DNA of 64,000 nucleotides from Gracilinanus agilis (Eukaryota): contig NC_058132.1 of the NCBI RefSeq assembly GCF_016433145.1, positions 89,362,114 through 89,426,113 on the forward strand, in the 5' to 3' direction. A program made the position numbers and the translations under genes. The notes under the pieces were generated by a model. It was not told the origin of the DNA. It did not search any database and was given only the letters and a program-made list of their open reading frames with translations. This document shows, one piece after another, positions 24,666 to 38,520 of the stretch; position 1 is the stretch's first letter; each line of letters opens with the position of its first letter.

Positions 24666-26639
24666 GTTGAATCAGGATTGAGTGTGCACACAAAAGGCTT
24701 GAACTGATGAAAACTCTCTTCTTCTTTTCTCATTTGGAGGGAGGCAAGAGCTGCTAAAAGTCTAAGGCAGAATAAATAGCTATGAATGTAGAAAGCAGTT
24801 TCAGCTTCTACCTATTTATTGCTCATTATCTTATCTCCACAACCAGCTGCCACATATCTGTGGATTCATATCACCACTTTCTCTTTTACCTATGCATTCA
24901 ATTCTGATCTTAGGTGAATAAGTGTGCTAGATAGAATGGATCAGGCTTTAACTTTATGAGTTTTGAAAAGCCAGAAGATTCTTCAAAGGTCCCCTCATCA
25001 ACTAAAAATCCATAGCAACAGTAGCCAAGTCAAGTGAGAAACCAGCCCAGAAATGAATGTGTCTAGTAAAGGCACTATTGATACAAGGAAGGGAATGACT
25101 CATCTATTGGCTAGGTCACACCCAGAGGTGAACTCTGGCTAGAATATTTCATAGCAGCTTCTTTAAGTTTGAAATCACTCTCCTTTAGGGTCATAGAGTA
25201 TGCGCCAAGTGTGGGAAGTTCTTGTTCTACTCTCTATGTCAATGCTCTTCTATAAATCCTAACTGATGTTATATGGTTATATAATACTGGAGAGATATTA
25301 ACAATTGAGGATAAAATACACCAGTTTGGGTCTTGTGATATCGCTAACATTTTCAGGGTTACCTCTTGAATACTGGATGCAACTATAGGTAGCCAAGCTT
25401 TGAGGATTCAATATGCCAGTGATTAGAGCTGGAACAGTGAACCTAGACCCTATACTAAGGAGTATACAAAATAGTGTATATCTCTAGTCCTCCACATTTC
25501 TGTCTAGAGATGTAATATATATTTCAGTTCCTGTTCTTTGAAATCAAGAACCCCTTTTATTTTACAAATAATAGCATTAAGATCCAGAGAATTGATTTGA
25601 GTTGCCCCAAGCCAATAATTCTTTCCTAAGCAATCTTCTTACTATCTACTCTGTCTCTTGTTGTACCCTTTGGACAACTGTACCTATAGAGATTGTGTTG
25701 TAGAGGAATTAATTTTTTCAATTTCTATCCTGAAACTCTTGCTTTTTGGACTTCTGTCCTGATTGGTGAATGTTTCACATAGTATGTTATCTAACCAACT
25801 CCAATCCTCTTTTTCATTCTCTCTTGCCATCTTCTCATTATCTACCATATGGATATATTCTTTCCTTATTTCCCTCCCACTGTGCTGCTTTCTAGGTCTG
25901 CAAGTATAATCAAATCAATACTATCATCGTAGTACAAAAATGTCAATCAATTTACCTATAACATACTTTTCATATTTCCAAATAACTATGAGGAAAGCAT
26001 AGATAACTAACTAACACATTACATAGCAGAGTTGGGATTCAGAAATATCTTGCCTGACTAGAATAATGAGTTGAAGTGAATAAGACCAACTACATTGGGT
26101 ATAAATGTAAGACTATATAACTGGGTTAAATTTCTTCACAAATATAGCATGGAGGTATGTTTAAACAATGGTCAGATAGGCAGTACAATGGAGAGAATGC
26201 CAAGCTTGGAGTCAAAAAGACTCATCTTCATAAGTTTAAATCTGTAAAAGATATTTACTAGATCTATGACCCAAGAAAAGTCACCTGTTTGCCTTAATTT
26301 CCTCATCTGTAAAATCAACTAGAGAAGGAAATGGCAAATCACTCTAGCATCTTTACCAGAAAACTCCCAATGGAATCACAAAGAGTCAGACTTGAAGAAG
26401 CAGCTAGTTGGCTCAGTGGATTGAGAGACAGGCCTAGAGTCTGAACATTCTGAGTTCAAACTTGACCTTAGGCACTTTCTAGTGTGTGAACAAGTCATTT
26501 TACCTCTTTTGCCTAGCCCTTATTGTTCTTCTGCCTTGGACCCAATACACAGTTTTGATTCTATGATGAAAGGTAAGGGTTTGAAGGAAAAAGAGTCAAA
26601 GATGACTAAAAGATGATGATGACAACAACAATGTGTAGA

Positions 26640-26935
26640 CAATATCTTATGAAAAAGATCTGGATGTTTTATGGATTGCAATTTCAATCTGAATCAACAG
26701 TGTTACACAGCAGCCAAAAGACCTAATACTATTTGTGCATTAAAGTACACGGTGTTCAGAGTGAGGGAGAAAGCAATTCCTTTATGCTCTTTCTTGGTTG
26801 CATCACATCATCGTAACACTATTTGCTACTGAGCACATTATAGGAAACACATTGATAAGCTAGAGCATGTTCAGAAGAAGATAATTAATATGGTGGGAAA
26901 TCTAGAGAATATGTCATTTGGGGACTAATAACCTA
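26640..26935 (+). mobile_element. Ancient L3/CR1 LINE fragment
   Basis: TCTGAATCAACAGTGTTACACAGCAGCC...ATTGATAAGCTAGAGCATGTTCAGAAGAAG fits the CR1 RT 3' consensus. Other CR1-like pieces at ~18160-18800, 33170-33540, 34550-35170 and 54800-55150. Confidence 0.65.
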
Positions 26936-29900
26936 AAAGGATCTTAGAATCAAGTAAAATATCCATACCTTTTTTAAACAAACTGCTATCTAACCATGCC
27001 CCCTATCTTGTACTTATGAAATACATTTTTTAAATGCAAGAGGAAGACTACATTTATCCCAATGGAATTTCATCTTATTAAATTTGTCTTAGTATACTAG
27101 CCTATCAATATTTTTGGATTTCTTTTTGTTTAGTCACTTTTTGGTCATGTCTGGCTTTTTCATAGCATTTGGGGTATTGTTGGCAAAAATAATGAAGTGG
27201 TTTATCATTTCCTCCTCTACCTCATTTTACACATGAAGAAACTAAAGCAAATAGGGTTAAGTGATTTGCCCAGAGTCATACAGCTAATAAGTATCTAAGG
27301 CTAGACTTGAACCCAGGAAGATAGGTCTTCCCAGCTCAAGGCCTGGCACTCTATCCACTGTGCCAACTAACTGCCCGATCTTTTTGGACAGTCATTGTTA
27401 CTGATTGTATTAGCTCTCCCTTCCAGCTTTGTGTCACCTACATATTTGATAAAACATTCTTGTCTTCATTATTAATGGAGATTTCCTACTCATGTTTCAG
27501 GTGTGTTCATGTGGGGAAAGCACTATATGGATAGAATTATGGATAAATTATATAACTTGGAGAAGAGAGGAGCAGAGGCTTGGGTGTAGGCAGCTATTGT
27601 ATGTGTCACCAGAGAGTAAGGAGAAAGGATGCAACTAGTAACCTTAGCTATGAAATCCTCAATTGGTTCTTATGCTCACAACCTGTCATCTCTGCATTGC
27701 AGAATTGTTGAGAGATGGGAATGACTTGAATAGCACAATGCATTACTTAGTGCCTAGAAGGGAAGAATCAATAAGAGGAATAACCTTTAAGATATGAAGA
27801 AATGAAATTTCCCTAGAGGCAACAAACATGAAGGAAGCAATATTGAGCAAAAATGACCACCATACAAGTCAGATGACAATGGGAGAGAGCATTGGTCTTC
27901 TTACCTAGACACCAGTAAATAATAATATATAATTATATTATAAATAAGATGTTTTATAATGAATATATCCACATTGGACTTCAAAGTTCTCAAATACCTT
28001 TAAGCATATCTCTTTTTTATCTTCACAACCCTCTGGGAGGTATGCACTGTTATCATTACCTCTTTACAAATGAAGAAACTGAGGTAGGCAGAAGTTAAGA
28101 TACTTGTTACTTGCCTAGGTATACATAATTAGTACATGTCTGAGGCTACATTTGAGCTCAGGTCTTCTTGACATCAAATCCAGTGCTTTATCCACTACTC
28201 TGCCTAACTGCCTAGACCTTATTATATATCCTCCCATAACACCTACCTTCAAGAGCCTTTGTTAGGTCAGGGAAAAGATATAATCTTTTTTAGAATAACT
28301 CCATTATCCTGACTAGCATTTTTGTTTATTAATAAACTGTCATCATCATTTGTGGCCACAGTTCTCACACTCGAAACAATCAACCAATGCCTAGGAAAAA
28401 AGGGAAATATTTATACATTAAGACAACGGAAGTCCTTTCCCAGGCCAGCAATAATGTCAGAAGGATTTGAGCTGATTACACTAGTACAAAGCTGCAGGTA
28501 TAACTTGGAATTCCAGCCTAGAGGGAAAATGTTACTGAATTTAAGGACGGAAGTGTAAAAAGTGTAACACTTTTGTGTATGATTAAGGAAGATTACAAAG
28601 AGAGGTTATAAGCATTGCGGAGGTTTAAAATTCTGAAAAGACAATACTAATTGCCTAATTAATACTACTATATACTAATAAAGACATTGTGTACTAGTTA
28701 CTAAATTTATTAGAGAAGGGAAAAGTTAATGGGATAACCTTAAGTGGCAATAGGATGATTTTGAAAAAGACTAGATAAATTTTGGAAAAGCGGTGGCTGA
28801 ATAATGGAGATATTAGTGTACTAAGAATCTGAAAGTGGCAGTAAGGAGTAAGTAGTATAATGCTTCTTCCTGATTTGTGTCAGAGGATGTAAAAGGAAGA
28901 GACAACCATGGAGAGGGAAGCAAAAGACATGGTATCTTCAAGAGAAAACTAAATTTTAGTAAGCTGTCGAAGAAGGAAAGAATGTGAAAAGAGATCTAAA
29001 ATTGAAGGGAGTTGGTTAATAATAAAATAAAGGTACAAATGACATAATGCCAAAGGAGGTCAGAGGAGAATAGGGATTGGAAAGGGGTTCATCTGAGCTT
29101 GCCATGTAAGGGAAAGCACTGTAGTAGAGATCCCCAAGTCAGATGACATGATGGCCATTGGACTTGAAGAATTGCCACTCCATGAGAGGGAGGTACTTGT
29201 GTTCTGTGGACATGGGTCAAAGAAAGTGTGTTTCCTGAATATTAGTACCTCAATAAAACACTTGGACTTCTCTATATTAGTTTCCGCTCTGTTGTGAAGC
29301 TTTAAATCACCAATAAAACAATATATGCACTAGCTACCAAGGATGGAAATTGGTTGCTCAGTTCAACATATCCTTTGAGTGTTAAGGGCTTGGTATCCTT
29401 AAATACTAACAGATGAATGCACATATGTGTATGTATGTATGTACACATATGTATTTATGTAGGTTATGAAATAATATTAGGAGAATATTTCTATATTGGA
29501 AGCTGAAATATACACACATAGATATAGATATAGATATGGATAGAGTCATTTATTTGGCATTTTAAAAATTTTATATACATGTTTACATATATATGCATAT
29601 ATGTTTATTTTAAAACTATACAATATATACCCATACATACATGCATATCTTTAAATGTCAGGTGACTATATATGTATATGCATGTACATATGTACACATA
29701 GATACCAATGTAACCCCTAAATGCCAAAAAGATGACCACAAATACATATTTTCAGTTTCCAATGTAGGAATATTCCCCCACCTTTGTTTTATAACCTGCA
29801 GCTGATTGCTAATATAGGAAACATCAAATAAGTGCCAGTAAAGAAAGGACTCCCACCACAAAAGCTCAAAGGTATAGTCTTATTAAATAAAATTAGGGAA

Positions 29901-30219
29901 AATTTTGCAAAGGGCATTTTGAGGTTCATTTGTGATCATTGGCTTCCTTCTGGTGTCATTTAGGTGTGGATATCTCTTTCAGGGGATACTCACCTAGTAT
30001 GTTATGTAACTCATTGAGGATATCAAATATATCTTTGTTTCTTTGATTCAAACCAGTCCATGATGCTTACACACAGTATAACCACAGTACATATTGATGA
30101 ATGACATAAAGAAAGGGAATCTCTTCTACCTATTCCTTTGGGATTTGTCTATTCCCTGCTATAGTAGTAACAATAATAATTATCATATTAGAAATTATAA
30201 TAGTAGTAATAATTAGTAA

Positions 30220-30760
30220 CTTTCAATTAAGCAACAAGTTTTTATTAAGGACTTACTCTTTGTGCCAAGCACTGTGCCAAAAGTCAGGGAGAAAAAGCAT
30301 AAAACTAAACAAAAGCAGTCCATGCCCTCAAAAGGCTTACAAAGGAATGGAGCATCCAAAACATTAATAAATATGGAAAGACCACATACATGCAGAGTAG
30401 AGTGAAAATAACAATTAAAGGGAAGGCTCATAAAACCAGGGAGCCTGGGGAAGCCTTCTGCAAAAGGTGGTATTTGAACTGAGTAAGATACCGGAGTAGT
30501 CAAGATGTGAAATGGGAGAGAGAAAACTTTCTTGGACTGACACAGAGTCAGTGCAAAGACAGAGTTAGACAGTAGTGTAATTGTCATAGGTGAATAATAA
30601 TAGTAAATAGGGTTGCTAGAATATAGAATTCATGAAAGCGAACTGAACGTGAAAAATATGAGAATAATGGAAATCACAAAATAGCCAGGTTTTTTAGAAC
30701 CTTAAATGCAAAACAAAAGACCTTAAATGTAGTCCCAGATATAATAGAGAATAGTATTTA
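30220..30760 (-). mobile_element. Ancient L2 LINE 3' fragment
   Basis: TTTATTAAGGACTTACTCTTTGTGCCAAGCACTGTGC is the reverse L2 3' end. Other L2 pieces at ~20530-20780, 21900-22400, 28300-29250, 52060-52510, 55750-56250 and 56440-57150. Confidence 0.65.
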
Positions 30761-31621
30761 GGGTGATTCTAATACCTGGATCTGGAGTTTGACTGGGGTC
30801 TTGACAGGAGTCAGAAATAAGTGTCTAATAATTTAAATAGTTCTAATAATATTAGGACAAAAATGAAAATAACAGTCTTACATGTTGCAAAGCACTCATT
30901 GAAATAAATTAGACTTAAAATACTATACTGAGAAGGAAGAGAATACAGAATTCTCATCTCTCTAAAGTTGGACCTGAGAAGCTTCCTATATTTTAGTCAT
31001 GAGAATGGATCATTTCAAGTGGACTGAGAACCAGAATTGAGAAGACTCTGAGACTGATTTTTTAAATGAGGTTTAGCATGACAATCAAATCTTTGCGTGA
31101 AATTTATGTTCTATCTAATTTTGGAGCATTCATGACAATTAGCCAAAAAGTGTGCTCTTAGCATGCTTTGCTACAGAGAACAGGTGATTATGACACAGAG
31201 TTATATTCCTGAAACTGTTTCACCCCACCCCCCAAATCCTTAAAGTGGTGATAGCAGTAATTAGAGTAAAGCCAGGGAGCCCAATAAAAACAGAAAATAT
31301 CTTTGCCTCAAACTAAAAATGTAACCATAGAAGAGGAAATCGATTAGCCCTTGACCCAATGAGAGAAGTAATGATACTCTTTATTAGTTATAAAAAGAGG
31401 ATATTGGATAGAATGGGTATATGAAAGAAGGCACAGGCAAGGTGTACATGAATCACTGTGGTAAATCAGAGGAGTATTGTGAGAGAGACACAACTCATTT
31501 CATTGCCTTCCTACCCTGAATGTTTTGTCTGCCATGTCCCAGGGTGACCATGTTTGTTAAAGTGATCTGCTTTCATTGTTAATGATGATAGGACAGCATT
31601 TCCCTCAATTTGAGAACTTGG

Positions 31622-32560
31622 TTATTCTTTCTGAACAAATACCCGTTGCACCCGCTCCCGGATTTGTTTGGTCCTGACTCCATAAATGACAGGATTAAGG
31701 GCTGGTGGGATAACCACATAGAGATTGGCCAGAAGGATGTGGATGTAGCGGGGGACATTCCGTCCAAATCGGTGGGTCATGAAGGAGAAAAATGCAGGCG
31801 TATAGAAGGCCAGAATGACACAGACATGGGAGCCACAAGTACTGAGAGCTTTCAGTCGTGCATCCCGGGAGGGGAGGCGAAAAACAGCTCGTAATATTTG
31901 GACATAGGAAAGGGCAATGAGGATCAAGTCAAAGATGAGGGCAGCAATAGTGAATAAACCATAGATAATGTTTACTCTGATGCTGGCACAGGCCAGGCGA
32001 GCAATGCCCATATGCTCACAGTAGGTGTGAGGGATGATATAGTGTCCACAGAATGGCAGTCTTTTAAGGAGGAAGGAGAAAGGAATGACTAGAAGAACTG
32101 GCCTTCCAACCACCACAGAGGCCATGATGGCCACCACCTTGTTGGTGAGGATGGTAGTGTATCTCAGTGGGTAACAGATAGCCACAAAACGGTCAATGGC
32201 CATTGCTAACAGCACCACAGACTCCATGCCAGTGTAGGTGTGGATGAAGAACATTTGTATGAGGCATCCTTCAAAGCTGATTTCCCTGAAGTTGAACCAG
32301 AATATGCCCAGCATCTTGGGGATGGTAGATGTGGAAAGTCCTAGGTCAATAAAGGATAGAAGGGCCAAGAAGTAAAACATTGGCTGATGAAGGCTCTGTT
32401 CTGTTTTGATCACAAGCATGATGGTGATATTGCCCACAACTGCAGTTAGATACACAATACAAAATGGGAAGGCAATCCAGATGTGATAAGCTTCCAGCCC
32501 TGGAATCCCCAGCAGTAGGAAAAAGGTGGGAAGGGAGCTCGTTTCATTGGAAGATGGCAT
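31622..32560 (-). CDS. Olfactory receptor, OR52E subfamily (OR52E4-like), intact, 312 aa
   Basis: The ORF track starts at a TTG (32569); the first in-frame ATG is at 32560 (MPSSNET). Has [29 protein letters not shown] and [20 protein letters not shown]. The C-terminal FVQKE matches human OR52E4 as recalled. One-to-one orthology is not established. Confidence 0.95.
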   Translation of the reverse strand: MPSSNETSSLPTFFLLLGIPGLEAYHIWIAFPFCIVYLTAVVGNITIMLVIKTEQSLHQPMFYFLALLSFIDLGLSTSTIPKMLGIFWFNFREISFEGCLIQMFFIHTYTGMESVVLLAMAIDRFVAICYPLRYTTILTNKVVAIMASVVVGRPVLLVIPFSFLLKRLPFCGHYIIPHTYCEHMGIARLACASIRVNIIYGLFTIAALIFDLILIALSYVQILRAVFRLPSRDARLKALSTCGSHVCVILAFYTPAFFSFMTHRFGRNVPRYIHILLANLYVVIPPALNPVIYGVRTKQIRERVQRVFVQKE

Positions 32561-35500
32561 CCTGCCCAAGGGTCATGGCAGATAACAGATGCAGCACAAT
32601 TTTTCACAGTCCTGACATGAAGCAAAGGGAAGGTATGATCCACTCTGCACCAAATCAATTCCATTTGTAGATTAATGAAATCCCAGATCATCTCAAAGGA
32701 ACACTTCTGGAGGGAGCCAGAAGATGAGGGGAAGTCTCAGGGACAAAGAAGAAATTTTGGTGACTGGTCTAATGCAGGGATTCTTACCTTATTTTTTGTC
32801 ATAAATTTTTTGGGCAGTCTTTGAGACATCTTCAGAATAACCATTTTTAAAGACATAAAATAAAACAGATAGGATTGTCAAGAGGAAATAGAATATGTTA
32901 AAATACATCTATCAATCAGATTTTATTTTTGTTTTCAGATCCCAGGTAAAGAAAATTTGGTGAAAAGTATTTTTGCCAAAGTTCAGATGGCTTTGGTTCA
33001 TCTGACTCATTGGAAGGGTATCTGGGGAGCATAAGGTCTACATGTATTGAAACATATATAATGAGTGTAATAAATAGCAACTTTCCCCCTTAATATCTTT
33101 CTCTACTCAGTGAAAAGCCCTTTCTGTTTTTACCTAATAAAAGCAATTCTCTTCTATAATGTATTAAGATCATAAAAGCTCAGAGCTTGAGGGCCTTCCA
33201 TTTTGATATCAATTTGAAGGGAAACCTCTTTACAGTATTCCCAACCCATAGTCATCAAGTCAGTTTCTAAACTCTTTATTTCATAAGACTGTCCATTTTC
33301 TCTTTGCTCAGTTCTAATTATTAGAAAATTCTTCCAAATCCTGTGCTGAAATTTCCTTTTCGTGAACTCCTGTCTACTGGATGTAACTCTGCTCTCTAAA
33401 GCAGATTATTCTTTATCTTCTTTTCATGTGATAACTTTTATACATCAAGAAAACGTTCATGTACTTGTGGATCATTTCTTCTATAATCAAACATCCCTAA
33501 TGTCTGTCATATAAGTAGGGAAATAATAAACGTATTAGTCAATTGATTACAAGTGATATTTGCACATTCCAAGTACTCTCTGCTTGTGGAGACCCTCTCT
33601 CTTATTGGTTGGTTATCCTTACAAACTTCAGTTTAAGGAGCACTCCCAGGTTACATTTGCCTTCATTCTTTTCCACATTGCCTTCTCCCTACAACATCTT
33701 CTCCACCCTTTTCCATTTCCATTCCATCCATCCACTTTTATGTGTTGCCCAATTAGAAAATAAGCTCCTTGAGTTGAGAGATTTTCTTCCACCTTGTATT
33801 TGTATTCTCTGTGCTTAATTTAGCAGAGAGCTTGGCACAAAGTATTGTGTTTTTTTTTCAAATTCATCTTCTGTCTTAGCATCAATAATAAGTATTGATG
33901 CCATGGCAGAGGAGTAGTAAGGGAGAGGCAATTGAGGTTAAGTTTCTTGCTCAAGGTCACAGAGCGGAAGTGTCTGAGGCCAAATTTGAACCCAAGACTT
34001 CCCATCTCCAGGCCTGGCTCTCTATCCACTGAGCCACCTACCTACCCCAAAGTAAACTCTTAATAAATACCTATTGACTTGATTGTGAATGGCAAAAACT
34101 AAACAAACAAAAAAACATGGCATGGTCTCTAGACCTTTCAATATCCTGATTACCACATTTTCTTACTACTTCCTAATGTGATTTCAAAATAATGATGCCC
34201 AGGACTGACCATGATTTGTCAAATATATTCTAATCAGGACAGAATAGGAGAGCATTGTTAACTCCTTCAGACTGGACTGACATAAATCATTTAATAGTAT
34301 GTGCACAAGGGAAGCAGAATATGGAAAAGAGAGAAGAAAAAGGTAGGCAAACGTGTGATCTTAGGATGGAATCATCAATAAGGCATCCATTTACCTGTAC
34401 ACTCCTTCTCTGTGATTTAGGATAGGCAATTTGGCACAGTGGAATGAAGAGAAGAGAGCCTGTGTTTAAATCTCATCTGATGTTTACTACCTGTGTGACC
34501 TTGTACAAATCCTTTTCCTCTCTAGTGCCACATAGATTTATACCTGTTAACATGAATAAATCTGCATTTTAACAGGATTAAATGTAAAATCTTACAAACT
34601 TGAGCTAAAAAATATCAGCTTCACAAATACAATGTTGGTGGAGCAAGGCTAGGAACAATTTGTCTCAAAAAAAAATAGCTAGGTATTTTTAGTGACTGAT
34701 ATGATCCATATTAAATTGTGATCCAGTGGGTCATAAAAGTTGAAGTGATTTTAAGATGTATTTTAATCGCTATACTATTTAGAAATAGAAAAGAAATAGT
34801 TGCTATATTGTCCCCAGTCAGAACATCTCTGAAATAGCTTTAATTCTGGGCACAACGTATGTTAAAGACATTAATAAGCTGAATAGAATCTAGAAGAATG
34901 CAGGCAGAATTCAGTCAGGACAGGAATTCATGACATGAAAATGAGGTGGGGTTTTTTGTTTGTTTTATTGTCTGACCTTGGAGAAAATTGGAACAATGAG
35001 TTAATATTATAAAGAGGCAATTTCAATTTTTCTATAATATTAGAAGCAGTCAAAATTGGAATGCACTGCCTCATAAAAAAAAGTGGATTTTTCCTAATCA
35101 GAGATTAAGTTTATAGCTATCCTCTGAAATCTCTTCTAAATCTCTTCTAGTTATCAGTTCCTATGATTCTATACACGCAATGGGCTTCATTAAGAGCTAT
35201 GAAGCCCTTTTCAAAGAGGACAATAAGCCTTTATATGGCACCTACTATGTGCCAGGCACTGTGATAAATAAGCACATAAAAATAACTTATTTGATCCCCA
35301 CAACAACCTTGCAAGGTAGGTTCTATTATTATCCCCATTTTATAGTTAATGAAACTGAGGCAAACAGAGATTAAGTGATTTGTCCAAAGTCATGCCTCTA
35401 GTTAGTTTCTGAAGTTGTATTTGAACCAGAGTCTCACTCTAGGCTCAATGTTCTATGTGCCAACTAACTGCCAACAGAGACTAGATAAACTCATGCCAGA

Positions 35501-36954
35501 ACAACTATAGAAAGGTGAAGACTCCTTTCCTTGGGTGGAATGTTGGACCCAGTGACTTCTGAAGTACTTTCTAATTTTATGATTCTAAGTAAAAGTTAAA
35601 AAGAAAAGAAGAAAGTTCTCAACCCAGGGGAATCTCATGGAAAAAATATACTCCTCTCCCAAAACAAAAGCTTTCCCTTGTAACCAAGTAAAAATAATTT
35701 CAAATACTCAAATGAATCTATGACATCATTAATTTAGATTATTTTTCCTCCACTACTGAAGATAGTAAACAAGCCATCTCTGAATGCTCTGTAGAACTCT
35801 TAATAGGTGTCTTCCTATAATGTAATTGCATAGGTTCCCTCCAACATAGTAACTCAGGAAATCAAAAGTATAATTAAGGAAAAAATAATATATATCAGTC
35901 ATGACTGAAAATGTTTGACTCATTCTGAACTCTTTCTTATTCTATTTCCGTAACAAGGTAGGAGTAATTCTTTATCTTCAAACATTTGAAAGTTTGCTTG
36001 GTCACATTTGATACCAATTAAGTTCATAATAAAAAATACCACTTGAATTAAACAATATGTTAAATTATCTTCAAGCTCTAAAGCAAAGTGAGTATCCATA
36101 TTTCATGTGAATTTCATCAGCAGTATCACTATACTGTCATAATCTTTTTCATCATCATTGCCATAAATGTACATCAATAGTTGAAAAGAAAATGTTAAAG
36201 GATGAATGCAGCTATTTTATGATTCTATTCCTCCATAATCGATAAAGCTATAAATAAGGCTCGTAGCTTTGGTTCCCTTGGAAGAAACAGTTGTTTTCAA
36301 GTTATCAAAGAAAAGTTTCCGTTATCAAGGAGTGGAAGGTGGAAGAGAATGAGAGAAATAGATAGAAGATAAAGTAAATTAAGTAGTAGCTGGATTATGA
36401 GAGAGAGAGACTTTTCAGGAGCCTAGAAATCGAGAATCTTAAACCTCAATTTAAGCTTGGGATAGATTGGAGGTAGAAAAAGAGTGACTTTTGCTGAGTA
36501 TGGCTAAAAAAAACAACTTAGAATGCAAAGGTCTCAGTTCACAGAATAGAGGCATTCAGAACCAAGACTAAATTAACACTGTCTCCTAATCTTGGTCAAG
36601 TTGATCTTCATCATTATTATTGTGTGCTAGCCTGGATCGGTCTGATTTGCTTTGATGGGGCTATAAACTTCCCTTGAAATAATTTCACCACATTCCAAAT
36701 GTTTAGTTTGAGAGTTTGTCACCATAAGAATTTACTCCAGCTCACACCTGATGATCCAGAAAATCTGTGAGACAGATATTAGAGGTGTTATCTCCATTTT
36801 TACAGATGAAAACACTGATACTGAGAGTTAAATGGCTTGCCTATGGTCACACATTTAGTGTAAGTGTAAATAATATTGGAGCAAAAGCAATGAGCCAAGT
36901 TTATTCATAGAGTACACATCCCAGACTATCCAGAATATTATTATCCATTATCTT

Positions 36955-37230
36955 TCCCCTAATTGGACTCTCCACTGTTGCACACCCTTTCCCTTGGCAC
37001 AAACTCACTGACTTCAGCTGAGGTCCCAGATCGTCTCCCAGAGATTGAGCACTATAGTCCCCTCAACATTTGTCTGAGCTCTTCCTTTCCTGCTTGACCT
37101 AAAGGAAGTGGAGCTTATACTAGACTTACTGAACTCTAGAGATTAGTCTACATATGGTGTATTCCCCAGGGACTGCCTAGACCTGAGAGCTTCTGAAATC
37201 ATAATCTCAGAGCTCTGAGACCATTAGGAA
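36955..37230. promoter_or_regulatory. Candidate OR promoter/enhancer: cluster of O/E (EBF) and homeodomain motifs
   Basis: CTAATTG 36959-36965; TCCCAGAGA 37036-37044; perfect TCCCCAGGGA 37163-37172; palindrome TCTCAGAGCTCTGAGA 37205-37220; TAATGG on - just after it. Confidence 0.5.
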
Positions 37231-37634
37231 AAAAATTAAACACAGAGGCACAAAAATCCACCCTCCCCAGTCACCCACAATGGGGAAGGGCTCCTGGAGT
37301 GGTTAAAATGATCACTTTCTGCTTCTATGACCATAAGCTCAAGATTCTGCATTTCCTTATTACTCAGTTTAACCCCTTATTTTTCCTGTTCTTACAACCC
37401 CTGTGAGGTAGTGATTCTATAGAAACAAGTGGCAATAAATGGAAGATGTCACTGAAAATGATTCAGTCACTAGGAAGGAAAGGAGCTATGAAGTATAGAT
37501 GGCTTTTTTAAAAAAAATTTTTTTCTCTGAACTGTTCAGTGAAGAGTAGAAGTATATTTGTCTGTTGTTCTGGATGTCTAGTCCTTCCAAGAATCAGGGA
37601 TTCATAGTAGGTTGATTCGTTAAAAAGACTGCTA

Positions 37635-37821
37635 GGGGGCAGCTGGGTAGCTCAGTGGATTGAGAGCCAGGCCTAGAGACTGGAGGTCCTAGGTTCAAAT
37701 CCGGCCTCAGACACTTCCCAGCTGTGTGACCCTGGGCAAGTCATTTGGCCCCCATTGCTTACCGTTACCACTCTTCCACCTATAAGTCAATACACAGAAG
37801 TTAAGGGTTTAAAAAAAAAAA
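37635..37821 (+). mobile_element. SINE1_Mdo-like SINE
   Basis: Same consensus with poly(A); flanked by AAAAAGACTGC repeats. Confidence 0.9.
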
Positions 37822-37833
37822 AGACTGCCAGCA

Positions 37834-38030
37834 GGGGCAACTAAGTGGTTCAGTAGATAGCTCACCAAGCCTGGAATTGGGAAGATCTGGGTTCAAATTT
37901 GACCTCAGACACTTTCTAGCTGTGTAACCCTGGCAAGTCACTTAGCTCCAGTTACCTAGACTTTACCATTCTTCCATCTTGGAAGCAAATATTTTGTATG
38001 AATTCAAAGATATAAGGATTTTAAAAAAAG
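37834..38030 (+). mobile_element. Marsupial Mar/MAR1-type CORE-SINE, directly downstream of a SINE1
   Basis: CORE-SINE head and A-tail followed by AAAGACTCCCAGCA. Confidence 0.75.
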
Positions 38031-38420
38031 ACTCCCAGCAAGAGAAGTCTGGTGTGCTACCCTTTATACATCTGGAGGAGGGAGGATACCCTGGACCTTG
38101 TAGATACCCTAAATTTCAAGTGCTAAGAAGCAGCTTCATTGAGCCAACCCTCACTACCTTACCTGGTTCCCTTTTTGACTCATTGTCAACATGCATAAGA
38201 GCTTGTCAGGGTTAGAGATAAGTATGTGGACAGTAACAGAATTCCTCTGTTAAGGAGCTGGAGGTCTCATTAAGGTCTCGGGTCTATGGCCAGGAATAGG
38301 GGACAGTTTATTAATGGCATAGACTGATGTCATAGAGATTTATCATAAAGCCCTGAAACCTGGCTTGAAGCCCTGTTATCTCATATGCACTGTGTGATTT
38401 AATCTTTCAATATCCTACAT

Positions 38421-38520
38421 CAGTGATGGGCAAACTACAGCCAGAGAGTCAGATGCGGCCCCCTGAAATGTTCTATCTGGCCAGTGCCATGATTCCTAAT
38501 CTGACCAATACAATGAGTAG
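38421..38520 (+). mobile_element. 5' end of an hAT (OposCharlie-like) DNA transposon
   Basis: CAGTGATGGGCAAACTAC...GCGGCCCCCTGAAATGTTCTATC resembles an hAT terminus; no matching right TIR found. Confidence 0.6.

Noticed and set aside
37635-37720. tRNA-like A/B boxes in SINE heads
   Set aside because: tRNA-derived SINE 5' regions, not tRNA genes; no cloverleaf.
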